A DNA stretch of 63,373 bases, the filler included, from an uncultured bacterium (GTDB taxonomy: Bacteria; DAOPZR01), in assembly GCA_964637655.1 (NCBI GenBank). It is 3 parts of 3 records of this genome, joined end to end, with 100 filler letters (N's around TTAATTAATTAA, not from the genome) between each part and the next. Parts side by side here need not be neighbours in the genome. Positions count along the whole stretch, not along the records: positions 1 to 21,860 come from CAZWUZ010000025.1; 2 more parts are not named here. One strand, given 5' to 3'. A program made the position numbers and the translations under genes. This document shows positions 10,770 through 19,614 of the stretch, one piece after another (position 1 is the first letter of the stretch; every line of letters begins with the position of its first letter). The notes beneath the pieces are model-generated. The model was not told where the DNA came from. It did no database searches and was given only the letters and a program-made list of their open reading frames with translations.

Positions 10770-10798
10770 ACAATATCACCATATCGTAGGCGTGTCAA
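10770..10798 (-). promoter_or_regulatory. sigma70-type promoter for MCP-hemerythrin
   Basis: TTGACA-N17-TATTGT on the minus strand. Confidence 0.55.
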
Positions 10799-10815
10799 GG
10801 TGTAGCCGGAAAAAA

Positions 10816-12006
10816 TTACAGTTTGCCGGCGAGCGCCTTACCCCAGGCAACCGTATCAGCCAGCACCTTGTCATCCGGCGTCCAGGTGGCGCGCAGGCCA
10901 TCGTCCACTGTCTCGAACCCGGCATGCTTGAGATGCTCAGTCAGCAGTTTGACCGATTCGCCGCTCCAGCCATGGCAGCCGAACGCGGCGGCTTTCTTCC
11001 CCTTGAAACCGAGTCCCTTGCACATGTCGAGCAGGGCGGCAAGCGAGTGCAGATAGGAACGGTTGATGGTCGGGGAACCGAGCAGCAGCGCCTTGGAGCG
11101 GAAAATCTCCGTCACCACGTCATTCATGTCGGAGGCGGGGAGGTTGTAGACCTTGACGGTGAGTGACGGGTCGGCGGCGGTGAGTCCTTCGGCTGCTTTC
11201 TCCGCGAGGCGGCGGGTGCCATTCCACATCGTGTCATAGACGATGGTGACCTGGTTCTCCTTGTAGGCGTCGGCCCACTGCAGGTACTGCTCGACAATCT
11301 GCGCGGGGTGGTCGCGCCAGATGATGCCATGGCTGGTGCAGATCATGTCGAGCGGCAGTTTGAACGCGAGAAACTCCTGTATCTTTTTCGTCACGAGGTG
11401 GCTGAATGGGGTAAGGATATTGGCGTAGTACTTGCGCGCCTCGGCATAGAGCTCCGCGCGGTCGACCTGGTCATTGAAGAGGTGCTCGCTCGCATAATGC
11501 TGCCCGAAGGCGTCGTTGGAGAAGAGGATGTTGTCCCCGGTCAGGTACGACATCATCGAGTCGGGCCAGTGGAGCATGGGCGCTTCGACAAAGACCAGTT
11601 CCTTCCCGTTGCCCAGCGGCAGCTTGTCACCCGTCTTCACCACCTGGAAATTCCACTCCTGGTGGTACTGCCCCTTGAGCGACTTGACGCAGTTGGCGGT
11701 GCAGTAGACCGGGGTACCCGGGATGTGCGAGAGCAGTTCAGGGAGCGATCCGCTGTGGTCGACCTCGCCGTGGTTGGCGATGATATAATCGATTTTCTTC
11801 AGGTCGATCTCCTGCGCGAGGTTGGCGACATACTCCTTCGCGTAGGGCATCCAGACCGTATCAATGAGCGCGGATTTCTCTTCCTGCACAAGGTAGGAGT
11901 TGTAGGACGACCCGCGATGGGTCGTGTACTCGTAGCCGTGGAAAAGGCGGAGCGACCAGTCGGTCTTCCCCACCCACGAAACGTTGTTCCTGATCTGCTT
12001 GCGCAT
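10816..12006 (-). CDS. fprA: Flavodiiron protein (FprA / rubredoxin:oxygen or NO reductase)
   Basis: [40 protein letters not shown] motifs plus flavodoxin domain [12 protein letters not shown]. Start at ATG 12006 with RBS GGGAGG. Confidence 0.93.
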   Translation of the reverse strand: MRKQIRNNVSWVGKTDWSLRLFHGYEYTTHRGSSYNSYLVQEEKSALIDTVWMPYAKEYVANLAQEIDLKKIDYIIANHGEVDHSGSLPELLSHIPGTPVYCTANCVKSLKGQYHQEWNFQVVKTGDKLPLGNGKELVFVEAPMLHWPDSMMSYLTGDNILFSNDAFGQHYASEHLFNDQVDRAELYAEARKYYANILTPFSHLVTKKIQEFLAFKLPLDMICTSHGIIWRDHPAQIVEQYLQWADAYKENQVTIVYDTMWNGTRRLAEKAAEGLTAADPSLTVKVYNLPASDMNDVVTEIFRSKALLLGSPTINRSYLHSLAALLDMCKGLGFKGKKAAAFGCHGWSGESVKLLTEHLKHAGFETVDDGLRATWTPDDKVLADTVAWGKALAGKL

Positions 12007-12073
12007 GGCCTGCCTCCCGTGCTGCGAGTATGTGCTGATGATAGCATAGCACTGCTGTCCGGAAAAGGGCCGC

Positions 12074-12102
12074 TTGACAACCGGTCCCGCTTCAAGTATA
12101 CT
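12074..12102 (+). promoter_or_regulatory. sigma70 promoter of fur operon
   Basis: TTGACA-N17-TATACT. Confidence 0.8.
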
Positions 12103-12121
12103 GCAAATGATAATCATTGTC
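12103..12121. promoter_or_regulatory. Fur box
   Basis: GCAAATGATAATCATTGTC matches the classical GATAATGATAATCATTATC at 16/19 positions; it lies directly after the -10 element of the fur gene. Confidence 0.8.
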
Positions 12122-12136
12122 AAGTAAGGGGGGCGC

Positions 12137-12694
12137 ATGGCCAGACGGCGACGGACGGCAGCAGCGGGCGGAAAGCAGACGCCCGGAGTGCGCCGGACCG
12201 CGGCGCGCACGGCGGTGCTCGGCTACCTGCAGGCGTGCGACTGCCATGCCACCGCTGACGGCATCTTCCGCGCCCTGCGCCCGCGCCATCCGCGCCTCGG
12301 GCTGGCGACGGTTTACCGCACGCTGCAGCTGCTGGTGCGCCTCGGGCAGGTGCAGAAAATCGAGGCGGGTGACGGCAGCGCGCACTATGAACTGACCGGG
12401 ACCGCGGCGACCAAGCCGCATCATCACCATCTCGTCTGCCAGTCCTGCGGCGCCATCATCGATCATGGCGATTTCGTGGCCGGGGAGCAGGCCACGCTGC
12501 AGCGTATCGTGGCGGCGTTGGAAAAGAAATATGGATTTGTGATTACGGGGCATGCCGTGCAGTTTGCCGGCACCTGCCCCGCCTGCCGGCGTACGGGAGC
12601 GACAGGACGGATGAAAGGAGGGGGGGCGGAGCAACCGCGTCAGAGGCGCGCAGCAGGTTTGACGATAAAACGAAGAGGAGAAGCTCATGGCTAA
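12137..12694 (+). CDS. fur: Fur-family transcriptional repressor
   Basis: GLATVYRTLQLL helix, HHHHLVCQSCG, and C-terminal GTCPAC motifs. Confidence 0.9.
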   Translation: MARRRRTAAAGGKQTPGVRRTAARTAVLGYLQACDCHATADGIFRALRPRHPRLGLATVYRTLQLLVRLGQVQKIEAGDGSAHYELTGTAATKPHHHHLVCQSCGAIIDHGDFVAGEQATLQRIVAALEKKYGFVITGHAVQFAGTCPACRRTGATGRMKGGGAEQPRQRRAAGLTIKRRGEAHG

Positions 12695-13181
12695 CGACAA
12701 GTATACCTCAATAGTGAAACTTGATTTCCAGTACGCACACCGGTTCATGAAATGGCCGCGGGAAGAAAAGCATCTGCACGGACATTCCGGCCTGCTGACC
12801 ATCGAACTGGAGGACACGGTCGACCCGGTGACGGGATTCGCCCACTCCTGCAAGGACGGGTTCAAGAAGGCCTGGGAAGTGTGTGACCATTTTCACCATG
12901 CCACCCTGTTCCAGGAGGGGGACCCGCTGCTGGAGGCGGTCATTGCCGTCTACAAGAAAGAGGGTATCAACAACGACCCGCAGAACTGTGTGCCGCTCAA
13001 GAAGATTGACCATGCGCTCGCCTGGTCGTACCCGGAATACCGGATCGTGGTGACCAAGAAGGTTTCCACGTGCGAGAATCTCTGCGAACTGTTCTACGAA
13101 CTGCTCAAGGACAAGATGCCGATCAAAAAGATCAAGTTCCGTTCGTCGTCCATGAACGCGGCTTCGAAGACGTTCAGGTAG
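12687..13181 (+). CDS. 6-pyruvoyl-tetrahydropterin/6-carboxytetrahydropterin synthase (QueD/PTPS-like), non-canonical
   Basis: FQYAHRF...HLHGHS, FHHA and STCENL motifs of the T-fold PTPS family; lacks the Cys of CxxxHGH. Confidence 0.7.
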   Translation: MANDKYTSIVKLDFQYAHRFMKWPREEKHLHGHSGLLTIELEDTVDPVTGFAHSCKDGFKKAWEVCDHFHHATLFQEGDPLLEAVIAVYKKEGINNDPQNCVPLKKIDHALAWSYPEYRIVVTKKVSTCENLCELFYELLKDKMPIKKIKFRSSSMNAASKTFR

Positions 13182-13200
13182 GAGCATCAGCGCAGCTGGC

Positions 13201-13234
13201 AGACACCCGCCGGCCCGACCGGCGGGTGTCTTTT
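13201..13234 (+). terminator. Rho-independent terminator after fur-queD
   Basis: AGACACCCGCCGG / CCGGCGGGTGTCT 13-bp stem followed by a T run. Confidence 0.75.
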
Positions 13235-13382
13235 CCGGAGGTACGCCCGGCAAACTGCTGGAGTGGCGCGCGACCTGTCCTGCCTTGCCGGTGCGAACCG
13301 GTTTGGCGGGCCTGCAGGTGCATGCGTGGCGGACGCTGGGACAGTGATACTTAACCGGGACTACCGGACAAGGAGGAACGAT

Positions 13383-13883
13383 ATGGGGACGAAGGAGAAT
13401 CTGCAGGCGGCATTCGCGGGCGAGAGCCAGGCGAACCGCACCTACCTCGCCTTTGCGAAAAAGGCGGAGCAGGAAGGCAAGCCGCAGGTGGCGAAACTGC
13501 TGCGCGCCGGCGCGCACGCCGAGACCATCCACGCACACGCGCATCTGCGCGCGCTGGGCGGCATCAGGGACACGGCGACCAATCTCGAGGCGGCGATTGC
13601 CGGCGAGGCGCATGAGTTCCAGTCGATGTACCCCGGGTTCATCAGGGAGGCGGAAGCCGAGGGGAACAAGCCGGCGCTCAGCTCGTTCAGGAACGCCAAC
13701 GCAGTCGAGGAGGTTCATCACGGGCTCTACGCACAGGCGCTGGCGGCGGTCAAGGAAGGCAAGGACCTGCCGGCGGCCGACATCTGGGTCTGTGACGTCT
13801 GCGGCAACACGGTCATCGGCAATCTGCCCGACACCTGCAGTGTCTGCAAAGTCAGCAAGGACCATTTTGCCGCGGTCAGATAA
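13383..13883 (+). CDS. rbr: Rubrerythrin
   Basis: TKENLQAAFAGESQANRTY, AETIHA, EEVHHGLY, C-terminal CxxC...CxxC. RBS AAGGAGG; start re-called at 13383. Confidence 0.93.
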   Translation: MGTKENLQAAFAGESQANRTYLAFAKKAEQEGKPQVAKLLRAGAHAETIHAHAHLRALGGIRDTATNLEAAIAGEAHEFQSMYPGFIREAEAEGNKPALSSFRNANAVEEVHHGLYAQALAAVKEGKDLPAADIWVCDVCGNTVIGNLPDTCSVCKVSKDHFAAVR

Positions 13884-14148
13884 GGCGGTTTCACTCACTC
13901 CCCCCCCCCGCCCCGCGGGGGCGGGAGTTGCTGTGCGGCCTAACGCCGGTGCAAGCGCTGGCCACAGCAGGTGGCGGATTTTCCGGCTGACGCGGTCAAC
14001 CGCCTGCTTATGCTGCTGCAGCAGCAGGAGGCGCGATGCTGACCCGGTTATGGAGTAAGGAACGTTTCGGATATCTGCCTTGACAGGATTTCTGTAAACT
14101 GATAAGGTGCTGATGTGGCGCAATGGCAATGAGATAGGAGGAATGGAC

Positions 14149-14397
14149 ATGTCTCCGGCCGTGTTGCGCGATGGACCATACCGGTTTTATTTTGTCAGTC
14201 ACGACGCGCAGGAACCGCCGCACGTACACATTGATCGTGATTCGCTGTCGGCCAAGTTTTGGCTTGAACCGGTGGCGTTGGCGTATAACCTCGGTTTTTC
14301 CGCGCATGAGTTGCGGAAAATTGAGCAGCTGACGCTGACGAATCAGCAGCAACTGGTGGAGGCGTGGCATGTCTACTTCCGAACCCAAGGCAGGTGA
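14149..14397 (+). CDS. DUF4160-family protein (putative toxin of a DUF4160/DUF2442 TA-like pair)
   Basis: GPYRFYFVSHD..EPPHVHI...AKFWLEPV...WHVYF pattern; RBS GGAGGA; TTGACA at 14080. Confidence 0.8.
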   Translation: MSPAVLRDGPYRFYFVSHDAQEPPHVHIDRDSLSAKFWLEPVALAYNLGFSAHELRKIEQLTLTNQQQLVEAWHVYFRTQGR

Positions 14398-14641
14398 GCG
14401 AATTGTCACGGTGCGCTTCACCGATGATGCCATGAGTGTTGATCTGCTTGACGGCAGGACGATAACCGTGCCGCTGGCCTGGTATCCGCGGTTGTTGCAC
14501 GCCACCCCGGAACAGCGTTCTGAATGGCGCATTTCCGGCGCCGGCTTCTGCCTGCACTGGCCGTCACTTGATGAGGATTTGAGTGTGCAGGGAATGTTGC
14601 AGGGGGCGCCGGCTCCCCGCGGTGATGCGCGCGCCGCATAG
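14369..14641 (+). CDS. DUF2442-family protein (putative antitoxin)
   Basis: VDLLDGRTITVPLAWYPRLLHATPEQR..W....G..LHWPSLDEDLSVQGML signature; overlaps the upstream gene. Confidence 0.85.
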   Translation: MSTSEPKAGERIVTVRFTDDAMSVDLLDGRTITVPLAWYPRLLHATPEQRSEWRISGAGFCLHWPSLDEDLSVQGMLQGAPAPRGDARAA

Positions 14642-14710
14642 CAGTTGCCACCTGATGACTCCACCGGTCCGCTCCTCCGGACATCCTGCCGATGGAGCTA
14701 ACCCGCATGT

Positions 14711-15595
14711 ATGAGTGACGTACTTGTCGCGCTGGGGCTGACGCTGTTCGCCGGGATGGCGACCGGCATCGGCAGCTGCATCGCCTTTTTCGCCCCGCGC
14801 ACCAACTACCGCTTTCTCTCCGTGGCGACCGGCTTTTCCGCCGGCGTGATGCTCTATGTGTCGTTTGTCGAGATTCTCGCCAAGGGTGAGCAGGCACTGA
14901 CCGAGGCCTACGGGGCGACGGCGGGCGCGTGGGCGAATGTCGCGGCGTTTTTCGCCGGCATGCTCTTTATCGGGCTGATCGACAACCTCATCCCGGCGGC
15001 GGAAAACCCGCACGAGACGCATCCCGAGGCGGAACTGGCCCCGCTGCATAACCCGAACGCGCCGCTCCCTGATTTCAGCGCTGACGGGCCCGGGTTCGGC
15101 GACGGGCATGACCACGGGCATCACCATCACAAACTGATGCGCATGGGGCTCTTTACCGCGCTGGCCATCGGCATCCACAATTTCCCTGAGGGGCTGGCCA
15201 CCTTCCTTGCCGCGCTGCAGGACCCCGCGCTCGGACTGGCTATCGCCATCGCCATCGCACTGCACAATATCCCCGAGGGGATCAGCGTCTCCGTCCCGAT
15301 TTTCTACGCCACGGGGAGCCGCATGAAGGCGCTTGCCTACTCGCTGCTCAGCGGGCTGGCGGAACCGGTCGGCGCGCTCATTGCCTATGCCGGACTGCGC
15401 CTGTTCCTCGGCGGCGCGGCCGTGCCGCCCGAGGTGATGGGCTACGCTTTCGGCGGGGTCGCGGGCATCATGGTCTATATCAGCATCGACGAGCTGCTCC
15501 CGGCCAGCCGCACCTACGGCAAGGGGCATGATTCGATTCTCGGGCTGGCCGGCGGCATGCTGGTGATGGCGCTGTCGCTGCTGCTGATGCGGTAA
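14711..15595 (+). CDS. zupT: ZIP-family zinc/iron transporter with His-rich loop
   Basis: [40 protein letters not shown] motifs; HDHGHHHH loop. Confidence 0.92.
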   Translation: MSDVLVALGLTLFAGMATGIGSCIAFFAPRTNYRFLSVATGFSAGVMLYVSFVEILAKGEQALTEAYGATAGAWANVAAFFAGMLFIGLIDNLIPAAENPHETHPEAELAPLHNPNAPLPDFSADGPGFGDGHDHGHHHHKLMRMGLFTALAIGIHNFPEGLATFLAALQDPALGLAIAIAIALHNIPEGISVSVPIFYATGSRMKALAYSLLSGLAEPVGALIAYAGLRLFLGGAAVPPEVMGYAFGGVAGIMVYISIDELLPASRTYGKGHDSILGLAGGMLVMALSLLLMR

Positions 15596-15695
15596 ACGTC
15601 CCGTTGACGCTGGCTGCGCAGCTTGCTACGATGCAGACGAACACGAAGCGGCAGAACATCGACCCGGGACCGACAGCGCGCCCGGCCCGCAGATC

Positions 15696-16166
15696 ATGGA
15701 GACGGCTATGAGCAGAAACCTGCATACGGTTGCCGCGGCGGAAGCAGTGCAGCGGCTCCCCTCGCGCGAACTGACGTTGGGTGACATCGTGTTCCTGCAG
15801 TCCGGCGACAAGGTGCCGGCCGATGTGCGGCTGCTCGAGGTCAGGAACCTGCAGGTGGACGAATCCGCCCTCACGGGCGAGGCCGCGCCGGTGGAACAAA
15901 ATATCGCGCCCCCGCCGGCGGAGACGGTACTGGCCGACCGCACCTGCATGGCGTATGGCGGGTCGCTGGTCACCTACGGCCAGGCGCGGGTCATGGTCAT
16001 CGCCATCGGTGACGCGACCGAGAACGGGCGCATCGCACAGATGGTGCAGGACGCCCCGGAACTGGAAACCGTCCTGACGCTGCGCGGCGGCAACACCGAT
16101 TTCGCCACCATGGGGACGATGTTCGGGTTTGCCGCGATGATGTTCCTCGACGTGGCATTAGGATGA
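15696..16166 (+). pseudogene. Chimeric remnant: P-type ATPase N-terminus + actuator domain fused in frame to the last helix of a GufA/ZIP11-type transporter
   Basis: GDIVFLQSGDKVPADVRL...VDESALTGE (actuator domain) without DKTGT or membrane core. Ends GGNTDFATMGTMFGFAAMMFLDVALG, typical of a ZIP C-terminus. Confidence 0.7.
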
Positions 16167-16188
16167 AGCGGATGCCGGGAAGGCGGGC

Positions 16189-16770
16189 ATGAAGCGCAGG
16201 GGCTGCATCGCGCTGCTGCTGGTCGCAGTGGCCCTGCTGCTCGCGGTCATACTGTACGGCAAGCACGCGTGTATCTGGCTCCTGTACCGCCCGCCGCTCG
16301 GTGAGGGCAGCCGCACACAGGATATCGTTCCTGCCGATCCTGCCGCGCCCGATTGGATATGCCATACCCATTACACGATCAATGCACTGCCGCGGCGGAC
16401 GAGCATACGTCTCGAACGCTCGGGGAGGATAGAGGTGATCCGCCAGCGGCGCAATCTGCGCGCAGGGTATCTGGCTGACCCCGGGAACACGGAGCCTGAA
16501 TGGCTGGACGAAACGCGAACGGACACGTTGCCGGCAGAGGTGGCGGCGGCAGTTATCGACGACCTATTCGCCATCGGTCTTGCCGATTATGCTGCGGGCT
16601 ACAGTGAAGCCGATGCCGAGGACGGGGGCGGAGACATCGTTGCCTGGAAGGAAGGGGCCCGGGCCGGAACCTTCACGGCGAGGAATATTCAGTTGCGCGG
16701 CGTCAGTTATATCCGGTCGCGACTTGCGGCGGCGGCGCAGGCGGCGGGCCTCGACCCGTCGCCGGCATAG
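16189..16770 (+). CDS. Hypothetical membrane-anchored protein
   Basis: N-terminal basic plus hydrophobic segment; fills the gap between co-oriented genes. Confidence 0.6.
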   Translation: MKRRGCIALLLVAVALLLAVILYGKHACIWLLYRPPLGEGSRTQDIVPADPAAPDWICHTHYTINALPRRTSIRLERSGRIEVIRQRRNLRAGYLADPGNTEPEWLDETRTDTLPAEVAAAVIDDLFAIGLADYAAGYSEADAEDGGGDIVAWKEGARAGTFTARNIQLRGVSYIRSRLAAAAQAAGLDPSPA

Positions 16771-16773
16771 GGA

Positions 16774-18036
16774 ATGATGACGATGCCGGTACGCAGCCAT
16801 GGCACGCTGGCGCGCCTTGTGCATCACGAGGCGGCACCCGGGGTGCTGCTCGTGCTGGCGGCGCTGCTGGCGATGTTCTGCGCCAACACCCCGCTGGCGG
16901 ACTACTACCACCTGCTGCTGAACACGCCCGCGTCGGTTACCGTCGGCGGTGTGGGGATCACCAAGCCGCTGCTGCTGTGGATCAACGACGGGCTGATGGC
17001 GGTCTTTTTCTTTGCGGTCGGACTTGAACTGAAACGCGAATTTCTGCACGGTGATTTGCGCGACCGGCGCGCGGTGCTGCTGCCGGGGATGGCTGCCCTC
17101 GGGGGCATGTTCATGCCCGCGGTCATCTACGTGCTCATCAACGCGGGCGACGCGACGGCGCTGCGCGGCTGGGCCATCCCCGCGGCGACGGATATCGCCT
17201 TCGCGGTCGGCGTGCTCGCGCTGCTGGGCAAGCGCGTCCCGCACTCGCTGCGCATCTTCCTGCTCTCGCTGGCCATCCTCGACGACCTCGGGGCGGTCAT
17301 CATCATCGCGCTCTTCTATACCGCCGACCTGTCAACGTTGTCGCTCGCTATCGCTGGCATCTGCCTCGTGCTGCTCGCCGCGCTCAACTACGCGGGGACA
17401 CGCCGGGTCGGGCTCTACCTGCTGGTTGGCGCCATCATGTGGGTCTCGGTGCTCAAGTCGGGGGTGCATGCGACACTGGCGGGCGTGGCGCTCGCGCTCT
17501 TCATCCCGCACGTGCCCGACCCGCTGCACGCGGCGGTGTCGGAGAAGCGGCGGCGCGCGGCGCGGCACGGAGAGGAGGAGACGCACCATGAACGGCGGCA
17601 GGTGCTGACCGTGGCGCGGCGCCTCGAAATGACCCTGCACCCGTGGGTGGCCTTTCTCATCATGCCGGTCTTCGCCTTCGCCAATGCGGGCGTCGACTTG
17701 CGCGGCCTGACTGCCGCCGACCTGCTGGCGCCCGTGCCGCTCGGCATTGCGCTCGGCCTGTTTCTCGGCAAGCAGTATGGCGTTTTCCTCATGGCGTGGC
17801 TGACCATCCGCCTCGGCGGCGCCACGCTTCCGGCCGGCGCCACCTGGCGGCAACTCTACGGGGTGAGCGTGCTCTGCGGCATCGGCTTCACCATGTCGCT
17901 CTTTATCGCTTCGCTCGCCTTCGAATCGGCCGGCGGCACCTATGCCGCGACCGACCGTCTCGGCATCCTCGCCGGCACGATGCTCTCGGCACTACTTGGC
18001 TATGTGTTGTTGCGCCGAGGTCAGGCGGTACGATGA
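16774..18036 (+). CDS. nhaA: Na+/H+ antiporter NhaA
   Basis: WINDGLMAVFFF, GWAIPAATDIAFA, LAILDDLGA, KSGVHATLAGV, LCGIGFTMSLFI. Confidence 0.95.
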   Translation: MMTMPVRSHGTLARLVHHEAAPGVLLVLAALLAMFCANTPLADYYHLLLNTPASVTVGGVGITKPLLLWINDGLMAVFFFAVGLELKREFLHGDLRDRRAVLLPGMAALGGMFMPAVIYVLINAGDATALRGWAIPAATDIAFAVGVLALLGKRVPHSLRIFLLSLAILDDLGAVIIIALFYTADLSTLSLAIAGICLVLLAALNYAGTRRVGLYLLVGAIMWVSVLKSGVHATLAGVALALFIPHVPDPLHAAVSEKRRRAARHGEEETHHERRQVLTVARRLEMTLHPWVAFLIMPVFAFANAGVDLRGLTAADLLAPVPLGIALGLFLGKQYGVFLMAWLTIRLGGATLPAGATWRQLYGVSVLCGIGFTMSLFIASLAFESAGGTYAATDRLGILAGTMLSALLGYVLLRRGQAVR

Positions 18037-19556
18037 TACGACTCCCGGCTGGTAAGCCGGTGACGGTGAGGGTAACGTGTGACTGGACGGAAGTGTTCCG
18101 GAATGAAGCGAAAGCACTCCGCGCCACGGCAGTGCTGCCGGAGTTTCTAACGCGACAGCGCTGGTATGCAGGACGTGGACGGTGCTTGCGCTCATTGCGC
18201 ATCAAGGAGATCAATACACTGCGAGCGGTCGCTACAGATGTACGAGTCCTGCTGGTTACCGCACGGTACGCGTCAGGCAAGCCTGCCCACTATCAGGTGC
18301 CGCTGGCATATTGTCGGGGCGAGCGTGGCCGGCGACTGGCTGTGCGCTATCCGCACGCAGTGCTTTGCCGCATATGTTTGGCGACCGGTGACGGGGTTAT
18401 TCTTGACGCGGTCTATCTGCCCGCATTCCGACGCGCGCTTCTCGTCGCGTGTGGCGGTCACGCTGCCGGCAGCGGTCGTGTACTCACGGCGCAACAAAGT
18501 AATACCGCGTTGTTGTTCAGTCGCCGATACTTCCTGAAACTATACCGCCGTGTCGAGGTCGGAGTGCATCCGGAAGCGGAACTGGGGAATATTTTCGCGC
18601 TGCAGCAATTTGCCGGTGTGCCGCATCTGCGCGGGGTGCTCAACTGGCATTGCGGTCGGGGTGTGATGACTCTCGCGCTGCTACAGGACGCGGTGTCATT
18701 TCGTCGGGACGCCTGGCAGCAGACGGTAGCTGCACTTGCCGCCTTTAACCGGAAAGTTGTGCATCGTTCGGCCGCTACCGCGACACCTGCGGCCGTGCGT
18801 GCGCTGTGTGGCAAACGGTATTTCCGACAGGTGGCCGCGCTGGGAACTGCGACGGCAGCACTGCATCGCGCGCTGGCAGCAGGCAGCGCCCCGGAGTTTG
18901 TTCCGGTGCTCCTGACGCGCAGCGACCGGCGACGTGAAGTGGCGATACTGTGTGAAAACGTGCGACTGACATTGCGGCAGTTGCGTGTGGCGATACCCGG
19001 CCTGCCGCAGGCACAACAGCAAGCGGCACGGCAGGTGCTGACTCATCGCCGAATGCTGCTCAAAGAGGCCAGAGCACTGGCGGCGGTGCGGACGGGCGGG
19101 CGACGGCTGCGCCTGCACGGCGATTATCATCTCGGGCAGGTGCTGGTCACGGCGCAAGGACCGGTTGTTGCTGATTGGGAAGGAGCGACGGCACTACCGC
19201 TGGCAGATCGCCGCAGTAAGCAGTCACCGCTGCGCGACGCGGCGGGCATAGTGCGTTCCTTTGACTATGTCTGCGCCTACGTGTGGCAGGTTGCGGCGCG
19301 GCACTTTCATGCGGCAAACCGCGTACGACTCTGGATGGAACTCTGGCGTGATGTATCGACTGCCGAGTTCCTTGCCGCCTATCGTGCGGCTGCTGGCAGC
19401 GCGCTGCCGCCGTTGATGGAACAGGAGCGGATGCTGCGTGCCTACCTGCTGGAAAAGGCGCTGTACGAGGTGCGCTACGAATTGCACTACCGACCGGACT
19501 GGCTGGCGGTGCCGCTGAACTACCTGACGAAGCGAAGCGGCGTTGACCCGGAATAA
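18033..19556 (+). CDS. Maltokinase (Mak/Pep2)-like protein, divergent, not fused to TreS
   Basis: FLTRQRWYAG, QQSNT, LKLYRR, RLHGDYHLGQVL, LRDAAGIVRSFDY, LLEKALYEVRYEL..RPDW..VPL. Start ATG overlaps the nhaA stop (ATGA). Confidence 0.8.
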   Translation: MIRLPAGKPVTVRVTCDWTEVFRNEAKALRATAVLPEFLTRQRWYAGRGRCLRSLRIKEINTLRAVATDVRVLLVTARYASGKPAHYQVPLAYCRGERGRRLAVRYPHAVLCRICLATGDGVILDAVYLPAFRRALLVACGGHAAGSGRVLTAQQSNTALLFSRRYFLKLYRRVEVGVHPEAELGNIFALQQFAGVPHLRGVLNWHCGRGVMTLALLQDAVSFRRDAWQQTVAALAAFNRKVVHRSAATATPAAVRALCGKRYFRQVAALGTATAALHRALAAGSAPEFVPVLLTRSDRRREVAILCENVRLTLRQLRVAIPGLPQAQQQAARQVLTHRRMLLKEARALAAVRTGGRRLRLHGDYHLGQVLVTAQGPVVADWEGATALPLADRRSKQSPLRDAAGIVRSFDYVCAYVWQVAARHFHAANRVRLWMELWRDVSTAEFLAAYRAAAGSALPPLMEQERMLRAYLLEKALYEVRYELHYRPDWLAVPLNYLTKRSGVDPE

Positions 19557-19565
19557 ACTCGACGT

Positions 19566-19594
19566 TTGACAGTAAATGCTTGAATCGCTACACT
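19566..19594 (+). promoter_or_regulatory. sigma70 promoter for 19615 gene
   Basis: TTGACA-N17-TACACT. Confidence 0.7.
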
Positions 19595-19614
19595 GAACTC
19601 ACGAGGGAACGAAC

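Noticed and set aside
14620-14665. Fluoride-riboswitch-like words (GGTGATG...CTGATGACTCC) upstream of zupT
   Set aside because: The 5' GGAGTTC segment needed for the pseudoknot is missing, and the 5' part lies in the DUF2442 coding end.
16189-16770. Possible resemblance of the hypothetical protein to DUF6438/emfourin-like folds
   Set aside because: Similarity too vague to support without a profile search.
17510-17610. Charged, His-containing insertion in NhaA
   Set aside because: Variable-length loops at this position are common in NhaA homologues.
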